Source: a virus (Duplodnaviria; Caudoviricetes). From it: a DNA stretch of 64,000 bases. The notes under the pieces are model-generated. The model had not been told where the DNA came from. It saw only the letters and a list, made by a program, of their open reading frames with translations, and made no database searches. The stretch is from the IMG/VR virus record IMGVR_UViG_3300001531_000060, positions 9,000 through 72,999 of that record; one strand, 5' to 3'. This document shows positions 39,562-48,916 of this stretch, piece by piece (position 1 is the first letter of the stretch; the number at the start of each line of letters is the position of its first letter). The position numbers were made by a program, and so were the translations under genes.

Positions 39562-41217
39562 ATGCAAAGAGATGATTATACAAAAGAAATATTAATAAAT
39601 ATTATAAAAGATTTGAAACAGAGAAATTTAGAATTTGATTTACAAGCTAAAGTTTTTGGGTTTTCTAAAAAGAATAAGTTAATTTATAAGCAAGTTAATA
39701 GTCAATATCCAAATGCATTTATTAATGTTTCTGAATTGCATAAAGCATTAAATTGTGATATGGATGAATTATTTTGTAAGAATTGTGGTAAACGCGTAAC
39801 GTTTATTAGTGAGAAACGATCTAGACAATTTTGTTCAGTATCATGCAAGTCAAAATATATGTTAAAGACAGGTAAAGTTGTTAATCCATCTTTACGTTCA
39901 GAATGTGTAGCTAAGAGAAATAGAACATTTATAGATAAATTTGGTTGCAATCCTTCACAATTATTAGAAATTAAAAATAAAAAAGAAGCAACATGTTTTA
40001 AACATTTTGGTGTGAAGTTTCCAGGTCAAGTTGAAAGTGGGAAATTAAAGTCTAAACAAACTTGTCTAGAAAAATATGGTGTAGAATATTACAATCAGTC
40101 AGAAATTGCTAAGGAAAAACAAAGACAATTTAATTTACTGAAGTTTGGTGTTGAAAATATGAATCAAGTGCACATTAAGAACTATAATAATTTGCATGAG
40201 GATTATGTTAGAAGCAATTTCATAAAAGATAATAAATTTTTAATACAAGAATTTCAAGCTTACTTTAATCTACAATATAAGGCAGCGTCACAATATAAGA
40301 AACAGTTTAATATACAAGAACAAAATAAATTAGATGTACAAAAAACACAGCAAGAGCTATACAGGTTTATAAAATCTTTAAATATAAGTAAAGTTAACTA
40401 TAATGATAGAAGTGTTTTAAATGGTAAAGAATTGGATATTTACATACCAGATAAGAAATTAGCTATAGAGTTTGATGGATTAATGTTTCATTCATTTGGT
40501 AAGTCAAAGCATACAATATTTAATAACTTTATTGAAGAAGATCGGAATATACATTTATCTAAAACTAATGTTTGTCAAGAAAAAGGAATACAATTACTCC
40601 ATATATTTGAAAACGAATGGTTAACTAAAAAAGACATATGGAAGTCTGTGATTAAAAATAAACTTGGTTTGATTGACAAAAAAATATATGCAAGAAAATG
40701 TGAAATAAAGAAAGTTCAGAATTCAGAAAAGGAGACCTTCTTAAATACAAATCATTTACAAGGTAGCTGTCAATCAAGTATAGATATAGGTTTGTATTAC
40801 AATAATGAATTAGTATCGTTAATGACTTTCGGTAAGTCAAGATTCAATAAAAAATATAAATATGAATTACTTAGATTTTGTAATAAATTAGATATAATTG
40901 TAGTTGGTGGAGCTTCCAAGTTATTAAGCTACTTCAGAAAACATTATAACGGTAATATTATAAGTTACGCAAATAGACGTTGGAGTAACGGTGACTTATA
41001 CCAAAAATTAGGATTTAGTTTTGTAGAAGTGTCGGAGCCAAATTACTTCTATTTTAATCTTAAAGATAGAGTACTTATAAGTCGTATACAGTTTCAAAAA
41101 CATAAATTACATAAAAAATTAAGTACATTTAATTCTAGCCTTTCAGAAACACAAAATATGTACAATAATGGTTATCGTAAGATTTATGATTGTGGTAATT
41201 ATACATTTAGTTTGTAG
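39562..41217 (+). mobile_element. Free-standing Hef-like/PD-(D/E)XK endonuclease with KYG repeats and a C-terminal acetyltransferase-like extension
   Basis: FCKNCG..FCSVSC; K[FY]GV repeats; ELDIYIPDKKLAIEFDGLMFH; ARKC..NHLQG..YELLRFC..GGASKLL..YDCG. Confidence 0.75.
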
Positions 41218-41266
41218 TCTTAAAAATTTCATAAAATATTAAAATACTATATAAAAATTGTAGAAA

Positions 41267-41288
41267 CCCTTGACAAAAGTATCATATT
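41267..41288 (+). promoter_or_regulatory. Putative late promoter
   Basis: CCCTTGACA-AAAGTAT-CATATT. Confidence 0.7.
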
Positions 41289-41324
41289 ACACTTGTATAT
41301 ATAAGTATTTTTTTGGAGGATACT

Positions 41325-42026
41325 ATGGCTGATCAATTTAACAGATTAGCACAACATTATTCAAATTATTGGAAAGATAAAGGAGAGAATGCTCCTGCTA
41401 TCAATTTTGATACAAAACAAATAGAAAGAACAGCTGAGCAAGCTTTTAGATCAGCAGCTGAATCTGATACATCCGATAAAGATTCTGCTCCATCTGTAGC
41501 TGATAAAGGCGCAAGTAAACCAAAAGATAAGGGTTTGAATCTTGCCGGATTGTTTTCAAATATAGATGAGATGATTGAAAAAGCAGCTGAGAATAAGGTT
41601 AAAAGAATTTTGGATAGAATAATAGATGATAAGTTACGTTCTGAATATAGTAACGATTTATCTTTATTTGAAAAATCAATGGCAAATAAAGTACAAGAAA
41701 AAGTTAAAAGTATGTCTCCAAAATTTCTTGAAGGTTTAAAAACAGTTGCTCCTGATGTAGGAAAAGGTACAGGAAGTAAAACACCTACTTCATTTACAGA
41801 AGGTGTATTAGATGAAGTTGATGAAGAAATAGTTGATAAGAAAGCTTCTGTAGAAGTATTTCCAGGGATTTATGTAAAGGCTTCTAAAGAAGATGAAACA
41901 GTTGGTGAAGTATTTGTGAAAGACAATGACTCATTACAAAAAATGAGTTATGTTGTTAATTTACCAAAAACAAATTCTAAAAAAGAATATATAGAAGAAT
42001 TACAAAATACATTTGAATCATTATAA
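41325..42026 (+). CDS. Hypothetical head protein
   Basis: GGAGG RBS precedes ATG 41325; RSAA and KKAS motifs. Confidence 0.55.
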   Translation: MADQFNRLAQHYSNYWKDKGENAPAINFDTKQIERTAEQAFRSAAESDTSDKDSAPSVADKGASKPKDKGLNLAGLFSNIDEMIEKAAENKVKRILDRIIDDKLRSEYSNDLSLFEKSMANKVQEKVKSMSPKFLEGLKTVAPDVGKGTGSKTPTSFTEGVLDEVDEEIVDKKASVEVFPGIYVKASKEDETVGEVFVKDNDSLQKMSYVVNLPKTNSKKEYIEELQNTFESL

Positions 42027-42142
42027 AATAATAGAAAATCTAGAACAAAGAAGAAAAAAGAACAGAGAAAAATAGAAAGGTAATAGAAGTTATTTTATAT
42101 GGTCTAAATTATATTTAAATTTAATTAAATAGGAGATACTAA

Positions 42143-43342
42143 ATGTTTGAATTATTTTATAAAGCAGGTAAATCACTTGCTGACTCTTTCTTTATTGGAA
42201 GAGAAGGTAAAGATGACGTATTAGTTATAAGTGCTTCTGAAGTTTTGCCGTTAGAAATGCAAAAGAAAATCGAAGCAGCTGAAGAAGAATTAAATAAGGT
42301 TGAAGTAGAAAATACAGTTGAAGGAACACCTGCAACTGAAGATAAAGCTATTGAAAATTTAAATGAAGCAGAAGTTAAATTAGATAGCGTAAAAGAAGAT
42401 ATTCAAGAAGCAAAAGGTCATGAAGAAATGGAAAAAGCTGAAGAAGTTGTTGAAGCTTCTAAAGTTGATGTAGATGCTATATATAAAAAAGCAGGTGTAC
42501 CTACACCAGAATTTATAGCAAAACAGATTGCTTCTGTATGTAAAGATTTTAAAGGTTTCGAACAATTCTGTAAAGAAGCTAAAGCAAACAAAGCTGAAAT
42601 GGTTAAAAAAGCTTCATTAAAGAAAGAAGCTGCTAAAGAAGATGAGACAGTATTTACATTTAATAAAGAAGAAGATGGTAAAAATAAACCAGCAAAAGCA
42701 ACTGAAGGTGCGATAGTTTCTGTAAATGAAAAAGAAGCTAAAGCAGATGCAGGTAAGGGTGTTAAAGACGCTAATGCAGTTTCTTCACCGGTTAAATCAT
42801 ATTTTGGTAGATTGCCAGGAAATGGTGGTGGAGATGCAGTAGAATCTATAAATAGACAATCTTCATTGAAAGAACAATTCCTTAAACTTACAGCAGAATT
42901 AGATGAAATGAAAAAGAAAGATGAAGAAAAAACTGAAAAGTTAGGAAAGATGGAAGATGAAAACAAGAACTTGAAAGAAGAAATTTCCAATGGAAACAAA
43001 GACAAAGACATCAATGCAATTATCTCTGAAATCAAGAAAGTAGTTAAGGTACAAAAAGAAAATGTTTTCAAAGATAAACTTGTAAAAGCAGATGAAAAAG
43101 CTTTGAAAGTTGTATTAGATGTTGTAAAAGAAATTGCAAAACTTTCTGATGGAGAAAAAGCTGATAAAGACGCAGCAAGTCTTTTCGGTGGAGAAGCAAA
43201 GAAAGATAACAAAAAAGAAGAAGTTGTAGATTTCACAGAAGTAAAAGCATCAAGAAGAATGCCTGGACAAAACATACCACAAGTATTTTCACAATATAAC
43301 GGTGGAGATGTTTCAGGATTAAATTCATTATTCGAAGACTAA
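42143..43342 (+). CDS. Capsid scaffolding protein
   Basis: E/K/A-rich coiled coil upstream of the decoration and capsid genes. Confidence 0.7.
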   Translation: MFELFYKAGKSLADSFFIGREGKDDVLVISASEVLPLEMQKKIEAAEEELNKVEVENTVEGTPATEDKAIENLNEAEVKLDSVKEDIQEAKGHEEMEKAEEVVEASKVDVDAIYKKAGVPTPEFIAKQIASVCKDFKGFEQFCKEAKANKAEMVKKASLKKEAAKEDETVFTFNKEEDGKNKPAKATEGAIVSVNEKEAKADAGKGVKDANAVSSPVKSYFGRLPGNGGGDAVESINRQSSLKEQFLKLTAELDEMKKKDEEKTEKLGKMEDENKNLKEEISNGNKDKDINAIISEIKKVVKVQKENVFKDKLVKADEKALKVVLDVVKEIAKLSDGEKADKDAASLFGGEAKKDNKKEEVVDFTEVKASRRMPGQNIPQVFSQYNGGDVSGLNSLFED

Positions 43343-43377
43343 TCTAGTCTTAAAAATTTAAAAGGAGAATATAAATC

Positions 43378-43881
43378 ATGGGTATAATGTATTCAGTTCA
43401 AGAAGATAATTTAACAACCGACTTTGGTATATCATCTTTGTTCCCTACAACAATTGAAGATAATACTAAAGTTTTCAAAGGAACAGCAGTAATAGCAGGT
43501 CAATGCTTGGAAAACACAACTGAAGGTTTGGTATTGGCAAATGCTTCTTCTACAGTTTATGGTTTGGCAAAAGAATCAGTAAACGTTGAAGCAAATGTAA
43601 ACGAAGTTTCAGATAACGGATGGGGCATTTTCGGTTCAAAGAAAATAACAGCTTGTATGTTTGGTGTATACAGCGTTAAAAACTTTGAATATACGAAAGG
43701 TGATGGCGATGTTGTAGAATTTACAGCTATAGATACAAATGCTATAAATGCAAATACTACATTAGGTGTAGCTTTGGCTTCTAATGCTAGTGGAAACATT
43801 ACAGTAGCATCTGGTGATGGCTTCGGTACATTGCTTGCTGTATCTGCAGACGGAAAAGAAATTCAAGTATTTATAAAGTAA
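43378..43881 (+). CDS. Head decoration/cement protein
   Basis: Small beta-rich G/A/T protein directly upstream of the capsid gene. Confidence 0.6.
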   Translation: MGIMYSVQEDNLTTDFGISSLFPTTIEDNTKVFKGTAVIAGQCLENTTEGLVLANASSTVYGLAKESVNVEANVNEVSDNGWGIFGSKKITACMFGVYSVKNFEYTKGDGDVVEFTAIDTNAINANTTLGVALASNASGNITVASGDGFGTLLAVSADGKEIQVFIK

Positions 43882-43915
43882 TTATTTAAAAAATTTTAAA
43901 AGGAGATAATAAATC

Positions 43916-44896
43916 ATGGGTACAATAGATAATATATCATTATGGGGCGATACAGCATTAGCAAGAAAAGCTTCAGTTAATGCATCTGCTACACCTGTAT
44001 CAATGGAAGCAAAAGAACAAAAATTTAACATGTACTGGAATGCACCAGGCGGATATCAAAGAATAGCTTTCGCATTGTCTGGTCCGTTGAAAACAAGATT
44101 GGATTACGTTGGTGTTGGAAGAAAACTTTTGATGGTTGATACCATACCTACCGGAGATATTCCTGTATACGATATGGATATGCCAGAATTTGGTGCTGTT
44201 AAAATAGCTGCTAGAGGTCAAGCTCCAGTATTTGAACAAGGCATCAAGAGAATTGGAATTCCTACATTTGAAGTAACAGTAAATGAAGTTATTAAGAAAC
44301 AAGAATTAGCTGTAAGAAAATATCCTGTATTCGACAGAGCAAAAGAAAGAGCTGCAATAGCTATGGCTATAGCTGAAGATGACATGATATTTGATTTGGT
44401 TAAATCAGCAGCAGTTAAGAATCCTAACCCAGCTACAATGGCTACATATGGTTCTGCTACAACATCAATAACAAAAGCAGATTTTGCTGAAATGTTCGGT
44501 GATATAACTGAAAGACAGTTGATTGCTAAAACATATTTGTTAGGTGCAAAAACATATGCAGATATATTGAAATGGAATTCTCAAGATTTGGATCCAGTAT
44601 CTTTGAACATCCAATTGGAAACAGGAAATTTTGGTTCTATATTTGGTGTTAGAGCTATTGCTTCTACAAGACTTGATAAAAACTATGGTTATGATACAAA
44701 CGGAAAGAATCAACAACCAGTATTTACATTGACAACTCCTGATAAACTCGGAAGATTGCCAGAAAGAAAAGCTGTTGAAGTTTCCATATTTGATAACATT
44801 CCTAAACTTCAGTATGATATAATTCCTTACGAAATAATCGGTATGGGTATTTATAACTGTGCTGGTGTATCTGGAAGAGTTAGAAGTTTGGCTTAA
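43916..44896 (+). CDS. Major capsid protein (HK97 fold)
   Basis: PLKTRLDYVGVGRKLLMVD.IP.G.IPVYD, PTFEV, A.A.AED..IF; strong RBS; followed by a terminator. Confidence 0.85.
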   Translation: MGTIDNISLWGDTALARKASVNASATPVSMEAKEQKFNMYWNAPGGYQRIAFALSGPLKTRLDYVGVGRKLLMVDTIPTGDIPVYDMDMPEFGAVKIAARGQAPVFEQGIKRIGIPTFEVTVNEVIKKQELAVRKYPVFDRAKERAAIAMAIAEDDMIFDLVKSAAVKNPNPATMATYGSATTSITKADFAEMFGDITERQLIAKTYLLGAKTYADILKWNSQDLDPVSLNIQLETGNFGSIFGVRAIASTRLDKNYGYDTNGKNQQPVFTLTTPDKLGRLPERKAVEVSIFDNIPKLQYDIIPYEIIGMGIYNCAGVSGRVRSLA

Positions 44897-44910
44897 TCAG
44901 TTTAGTATTA

Positions 44911-44944
44911 AAAAGCTACCGAGGAATCCTCGGTAGCTTTTTTT
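44911..44944 (+). terminator. Rho-independent terminator
   Basis: AAAAGCTACCGAGG-AAT-CCTCGGTAGCTTTT followed by a T-tract. Confidence 0.92.
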
Positions 44945-44950
44945 ATATAC

Positions 44951-44972
44951 CCCTTGACATTTATATCATATT
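44951..44972 (+). promoter_or_regulatory. Putative late promoter
   Basis: CCCTTGACA-TTTATAT-CATATT, immediately after the capsid terminator. Confidence 0.72.
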
Positions 44973-45022
44973 ATAGATAGATTGTAGATGGGCATAAATT
45001 ATTTTTATTTGAGGAATGAACT

Positions 45023-45430
45023 ATGAATAATGAAAAAGACGTTAAAGATACAGGAATAGTATCACAAGAATCAATTAATAGAGCAATTGAAGACACAACG
45101 CAGTCCGAATATTATCAACAAAATAGAATTCCTTTACTAACAGGTGAATATAGAAAGGAAGCATTTCTTAAATTAAAAGGATTATTTTTAAAAGAGTTAT
45201 ATAAAGCAGTAGATGAAGAAGAAAAAGCTTGTAGAAAGGCTGATTTAGAGCCACAAATGAAAGGTGATAAGCTTAAATATATAGAAGACATGGTTGAGAC
45301 ATTTGACAATATGTTTCAACTAGAAGCACTAGCACAGTATTTATATCAAGAAAATATTATACCGACATTAGACGAAGTTAATACAAGAGCAAATAAACTA
45401 AACGAAAATCTCGGTAAACTTGAACTTTAA
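45023..45430 (+). CDS. Hypothetical protein
   Basis: GAGG RBS. Confidence 0.55.
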   Translation: MNNEKDVKDTGIVSQESINRAIEDTTQSEYYQQNRIPLLTGEYRKEAFLKLKGLFLKELYKAVDEEEKACRKADLEPQMKGDKLKYIEDMVETFDNMFQLEALAQYLYQENIIPTLDEVNTRANKLNENLGKLEL

Positions 45431-45432
45431 TT

Positions 45433-45780
45433 TTGGAGTATATCATGCTTAAGAAAACTGTAAAATTTTTAAAAGATGTTAAGACAATTATTTGGGCAAT
45501 CGTATTAAGTGGAACAGTTTTAATATTTATTTATGGAACGTATCTTAAAGTTGCAGAAACGGTACCGACAAAAGTATATGCAATGGAACAAGATTTAAAT
45601 GACGTTAAGTATCGTGTAACTGATCTTGAAACTGAAAAACTTATTATAAATAAAGACTTAAGCGTGATGCAAACAGAATTAAAAGAGATAAAGGCACAAA
45701 TTGCAGAGAATCAAAAAGAAACAAGAGCAGCTTTAAAAGAGATAAATAGAGATGTAAAAGACATCCTTAAAACCATATAA
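45433..45780 (+). CDS. Holin/spanin-like membrane protein
   Basis: One TM segment (IIWAIVLSGTVLIFIYG) plus coiled coil, upstream of the endolysin. Confidence 0.5.
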   Translation: MEYIMLKKTVKFLKDVKTIIWAIVLSGTVLIFIYGTYLKVAETVPTKVYAMEQDLNDVKYRVTDLETEKLIINKDLSVMQTELKEIKAQIAENQKETRAALKEINRDVKDILKTI

Positions 45781-45793
45781 TTATTGTTGATAA

Positions 45794-45829
45794 ATGACAA
45801 CACAGCTATCACCTAATTTCACATTGTAG
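45794..45829 (+). pseudogene. Orphaned original 5' end of the endolysin (MTTQLSPNFTL*)
   Basis: Aligns to MIYLAPSFTL at 46573. Confidence 0.7.
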
Positions 45830-45837
45830 TTTAGATA

Positions 45838-45925
45838 ATAGTGGCTAGGGTAGCTCCCGAAAAAACAGCAACTCACTGTTCTGCCACTATAAATTATATG
45901 AGTAATATTTTACAGGAGTGTAAAA
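45838..45925 (+). ncRNA. Endonuclease-leader structured RNA, copy 2
   Basis: P1 ATAGTGGC/GCCACTAT; P2 GGG-TAGCT-CCC; GAAAA; P3 AACAG-CAACTCA-CTGTT; TGAGT; SD hairpin TTTTACA-GGAG-TGTAAAA. Confidence 0.78.
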
Positions 45926-46576
45926 ATGACTAAATTAAATTTAGAAGTAGGACAAAAGTTTGGAAGGTGGACAGTTTTAGAAATTTCAAAGAAAATAAAA
46001 GGTCATGGCAATATTTTAGTAAGATGTAAATGTGATTGTGGTACAATAAAAGAAATTAGTCACTACACATTATTAAACGGTAAATCTGTTAGTTGCGGTT
46101 GTTTACGAAAAGAATTGTTAAGTAATAGAGAAAACGCTCACCATAAAACAAATACAAAGCTTTATCAAATTCATGCAGCAATGAAAGCTCGTTGTTTTAG
46201 TAAAAATCATAAAAATTATAAACAATATGGTGGTCGTGGGATAACAGTTTGTGATGAATGGAAAAATGACTTCGTGGCTTTCTATAATTGGGCAATGAGC
46301 AATGGTTATAAGGAAGGTCTTACAATAGACAGAATAGATGTGAATGGTAATTACGAGCCAAATAATTGTAGATGGGTTACTAGAAAAGAGCAGGCAAATA
46401 ATACTAGAAAAAATTGTTTTATTGAATATAATAATGAAAGACATACTATTGCTGAATGGTGTGATATTTTAGGTATAACATACAGCAAACTATTTAGCAG
46501 ACTACGTAAAGGTCTTCCTCTAGATAAATGTTTTTACCCTGGTAAAATATCAAATAATGGAATAGATTTACTATGA
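45926..46576 (+). mobile_element. Free-standing HNH endonuclease
   Basis: GQKFGRWTV, CKCDCG, SCGC, YGGRGITVC, TIDRIDVNGNYEPNNCRW. Confidence 0.9.
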
Positions 46577-47037
46577 TATATTTAGCACCTTCGTTCACTC
46601 TCGATGAGCTATTAACTACTTCACATAAGGATTTACTTCCTAAACAAAATGAGGAAGTGAAGCCTTATGTGAATAACTTATATATACTTGCCAATTATAT
46701 ACTTCAACCAATCCGTAATTACTATAAAGTACCTATAACAGTTACAAGTGGATTCAGAGGAAAAGCATTAAATGAAAGAGTTGGTGGAAATAAAACCAGT
46801 CAACATTGTTTAGGTGAAGCAGTAGACTTTATAGTTAAAGGCAAGACAGTTGATGAAGTATTTGAAGATATTAGAACAGGTAAGATTGATATTTGTTATA
46901 AACAGCTGATTAAGGAAAAAATATCTGGAAAGTTTTGGATTCATATAGGGATGGTCAAGATACCCTTTAAACCTAAAGATAAGTATTTGCAGAAGTTAAC
47001 TACAACTGATGGTAAAAAATATACAGAAGTAAAATAG
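46573..47037 (+). CDS. Peptidase M15A-family endolysin
   Basis: LQPIR, ITVTSGFR, VGG..TSQH..GEAVDF, WIHIG. Confidence 0.88.
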   Translation: MIYLAPSFTLDELLTTSHKDLLPKQNEEVKPYVNNLYILANYILQPIRNYYKVPITVTSGFRGKALNERVGGNKTSQHCLGEAVDFIVKGKTVDEVFEDIRTGKIDICYKQLIKEKISGKFWIHIGMVKIPFKPKDKYLQKLTTTDGKKYTEVK

Positions 47038-47058
47038 AATAAAGGAGAAAAATGAACA

Positions 47059-47775
47059 ATGAAAATTAGATCAAACATGGACAGAGTTTGGAGTTTGGCA
47101 GGAATTAGATTTGAGCCAGGAATGGTTATTACATTTGATATTTTGAAATGTAATGACTTAAGACAATTAAAAGCAGTAGTTGAAGAAATTAGAAAAGGTA
47201 ATATAACGGTAGTTGAGCAGGATGACTATTTTAAACCAGCTTCAATTACAAAGGTTGAACAACCACAAGTAATTAAAAAAGAATCTCAAGAAGATATAGT
47301 TGTAGTTACAAGAGGTGGAACATTTACAGATGAGATACCGAAAGATGTTTTGACTGAGAATACAATACAATCTGTTCCGGTAACTATAGATGTAGAGAAA
47401 CAATCAGAACCAGTAGTTGGTGAAGGTAATATAAAAAATGAATCTTCAACGGAAGCCGGATTTGTAGTGCTTCCGGGAAAGAAACCAGGTGAAGGACAAT
47501 TAAAATCAGTTAGTGAAGTCATACAAGAAAAGACAGACGAAATTGCAGATGTGTTAAAAGATGCTGCAAAGGATTTAGAAGAGCTTAACAAAAAAGAAGA
47601 AGTAATAGAGCAAGTTCCAGAAGACGTTGATAAGATACTGAAGATGAAAGCTAACGAAAGAAAATTGTATATAGCTAAATTAGATGATAAAGAGTTGTTA
47701 CTTAAGATAAGTAAATATACAAAAGTAAAAACTATATTAAATATAATTAATCAAAGGTTGGAAGAACTAAAATAA
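47059..47775 (+). CDS. Hypothetical virion-cluster protein
   Basis: AAGGAG RBS. Confidence 0.55.
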   Translation: MKIRSNMDRVWSLAGIRFEPGMVITFDILKCNDLRQLKAVVEEIRKGNITVVEQDDYFKPASITKVEQPQVIKKESQEDIVVVTRGGTFTDEIPKDVLTENTIQSVPVTIDVEKQSEPVVGEGNIKNESSTEAGFVVLPGKKPGEGQLKSVSEVIQEKTDEIADVLKDAAKDLEELNKKEEVIEQVPEDVDKILKMKANERKLYIAKLDDKELLLKISKYTKVKTILNIINQRLEELK

Positions 47776-47791
47776 AGGAGAACAATGAAAA

Positions 47792-48223
47792 ATGAAAAGT
47801 ATTAATTTGAGAGTATTTAGAAGAACAAACAATAGTATATCATGTTTATTTAATGATAATGCAGTATCAGGTATTAAGCTTGAGGATTTAAAGATTTATG
47901 ATATAGAGGATAAGGAAAAGAAAAATCCTTTGATATATAAGATTGGGGTTGATCAAGAAACACAAACCGTTCAAGTCGTACTTGATCATCAAATAAATAA
48001 GTTAGATGCAAATAAAACATACGTATTTGTTTTTGATTTTAAAACATTCGATGTAAACATAAAAGTATATCCTTCAGAGGTATTACCTTTGTTTGAGAAA
48101 GATTCTGTTAATAAAAATCAGCACGTAATGGGTTGGGTAGAGTCTGAGAGAAAATGGGTGAAGCTTAAAGCAGTTAAAGATGCTTCTGGAGATTATGTAC
48201 TCGCAGTTAAATCTGTTAAATAG
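47792..48223 (+). CDS. Hypothetical protein
   Basis: AAGGAG RBS. Confidence 0.55.
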   Translation: MKSINLRVFRRTNNSISCLFNDNAVSGIKLEDLKIYDIEDKEKKNPLIYKIGVDQETQTVQVVLDHQINKLDANKTYVFVFDFKTFDVNIKVYPSEVLPLFEKDSVNKNQHVMGWVESERKWVKLKAVKDASGDYVLAVKSVK

Positions 48224-48232
48224 GAGTTTAAA

Positions 48233-48418
48233 ATGAGTAGATGGTTGCAAGCATCTTTAAAAAAGAAATCCAATTTATATAAAATGAAAGACAAATATGG
48301 ACATTATTTCAAATGTCCACCTATAGAAGCAGCGAGTGAAGAAGAAGCAAGAATAAAATGTGCCAATAGTACTATAAATTTAACACCTGATGATGTGGTA
48401 GCTGAAGAAGTAAAATAA
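48233..48418 (+). CDS. MSRWL-leader small protein 5
   Basis: MSRWLQA...; AGGAG RBS. Confidence 0.65.
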   Translation: MSRWLQASLKKKSNLYKMKDKYGHYFKCPPIEAASEEEARIKCANSTINLTPDDVVAEEVK

Positions 48419-48439
48419 TTGAAAATAAGGATTTTAACA

Positions 48440-48907
48440 ATGAGTAGATGGTTAATTAAAGCAGAAACTCAATTAGAATTACCTTTAGGTACAGAACACG
48501 TATATTATCCAACTTTGGTTAGAGAAATTAGTTTTAAAGATAAGATGTCAAAGTTGAAAGATAAGAATATACAATATGTACAGAAAGTCATTTACGATTG
48601 TTTAAATGATGTATCTAATAATAAAATTTCAGATAGATTTTATGATGATATAGAAGCAGACTTAATAGAGGGCGCTTTTAAAGAATTTGCAAAGAAGTAT
48701 GCAGATAGTAACTATAAAGTATATGATGTAACTATTAGTGAAGTAGAGAAAGAGAATCATAATATTATAAAAGATAATACAGAGAAAAGATATTTAATAT
48801 GTCCTTTTGTAAGTCAAACAAAGCTTTATGATATATCTGAATTTAATACGTTGGTAGAAGCTCTTTCTATAAAAATATTCTATCATTTGAAGTCACTTAA
48901 TAAGTAG
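48440..48907 (+). CDS. MSRWL-leader small protein 6
   Basis: Internal ATG of track ORF 48419, after AAGGA, gives MSRWLIKA... Confidence 0.6.
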   Translation: MSRWLIKAETQLELPLGTEHVYYPTLVREISFKDKMSKLKDKNIQYVQKVIYDCLNDVSNNKISDRFYDDIEADLIEGAFKEFAKKYADSNYKVYDVTISEVEKENHNIIKDNTEKRYLICPFVSQTKLYDISEFNTLVEALSIKIFYHLKSLNK

Positions 48908-48916
48908 GAGGTCGTA

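Noticed and set aside
42418-43275. 285-aa minus-strand ORF
   Set aside because: Antisense shadow of the E/K/A-rich scaffold gene; S/F/L-rich composition and no RBS.
45794-46605. Group I intron or ribosomal bypass joining the orphan endolysin start to the downstream body
   Set aside because: No group I core is visible, the downstream gene has its own complete start, and the gap of about 770 nt is far longer than known bypasses.
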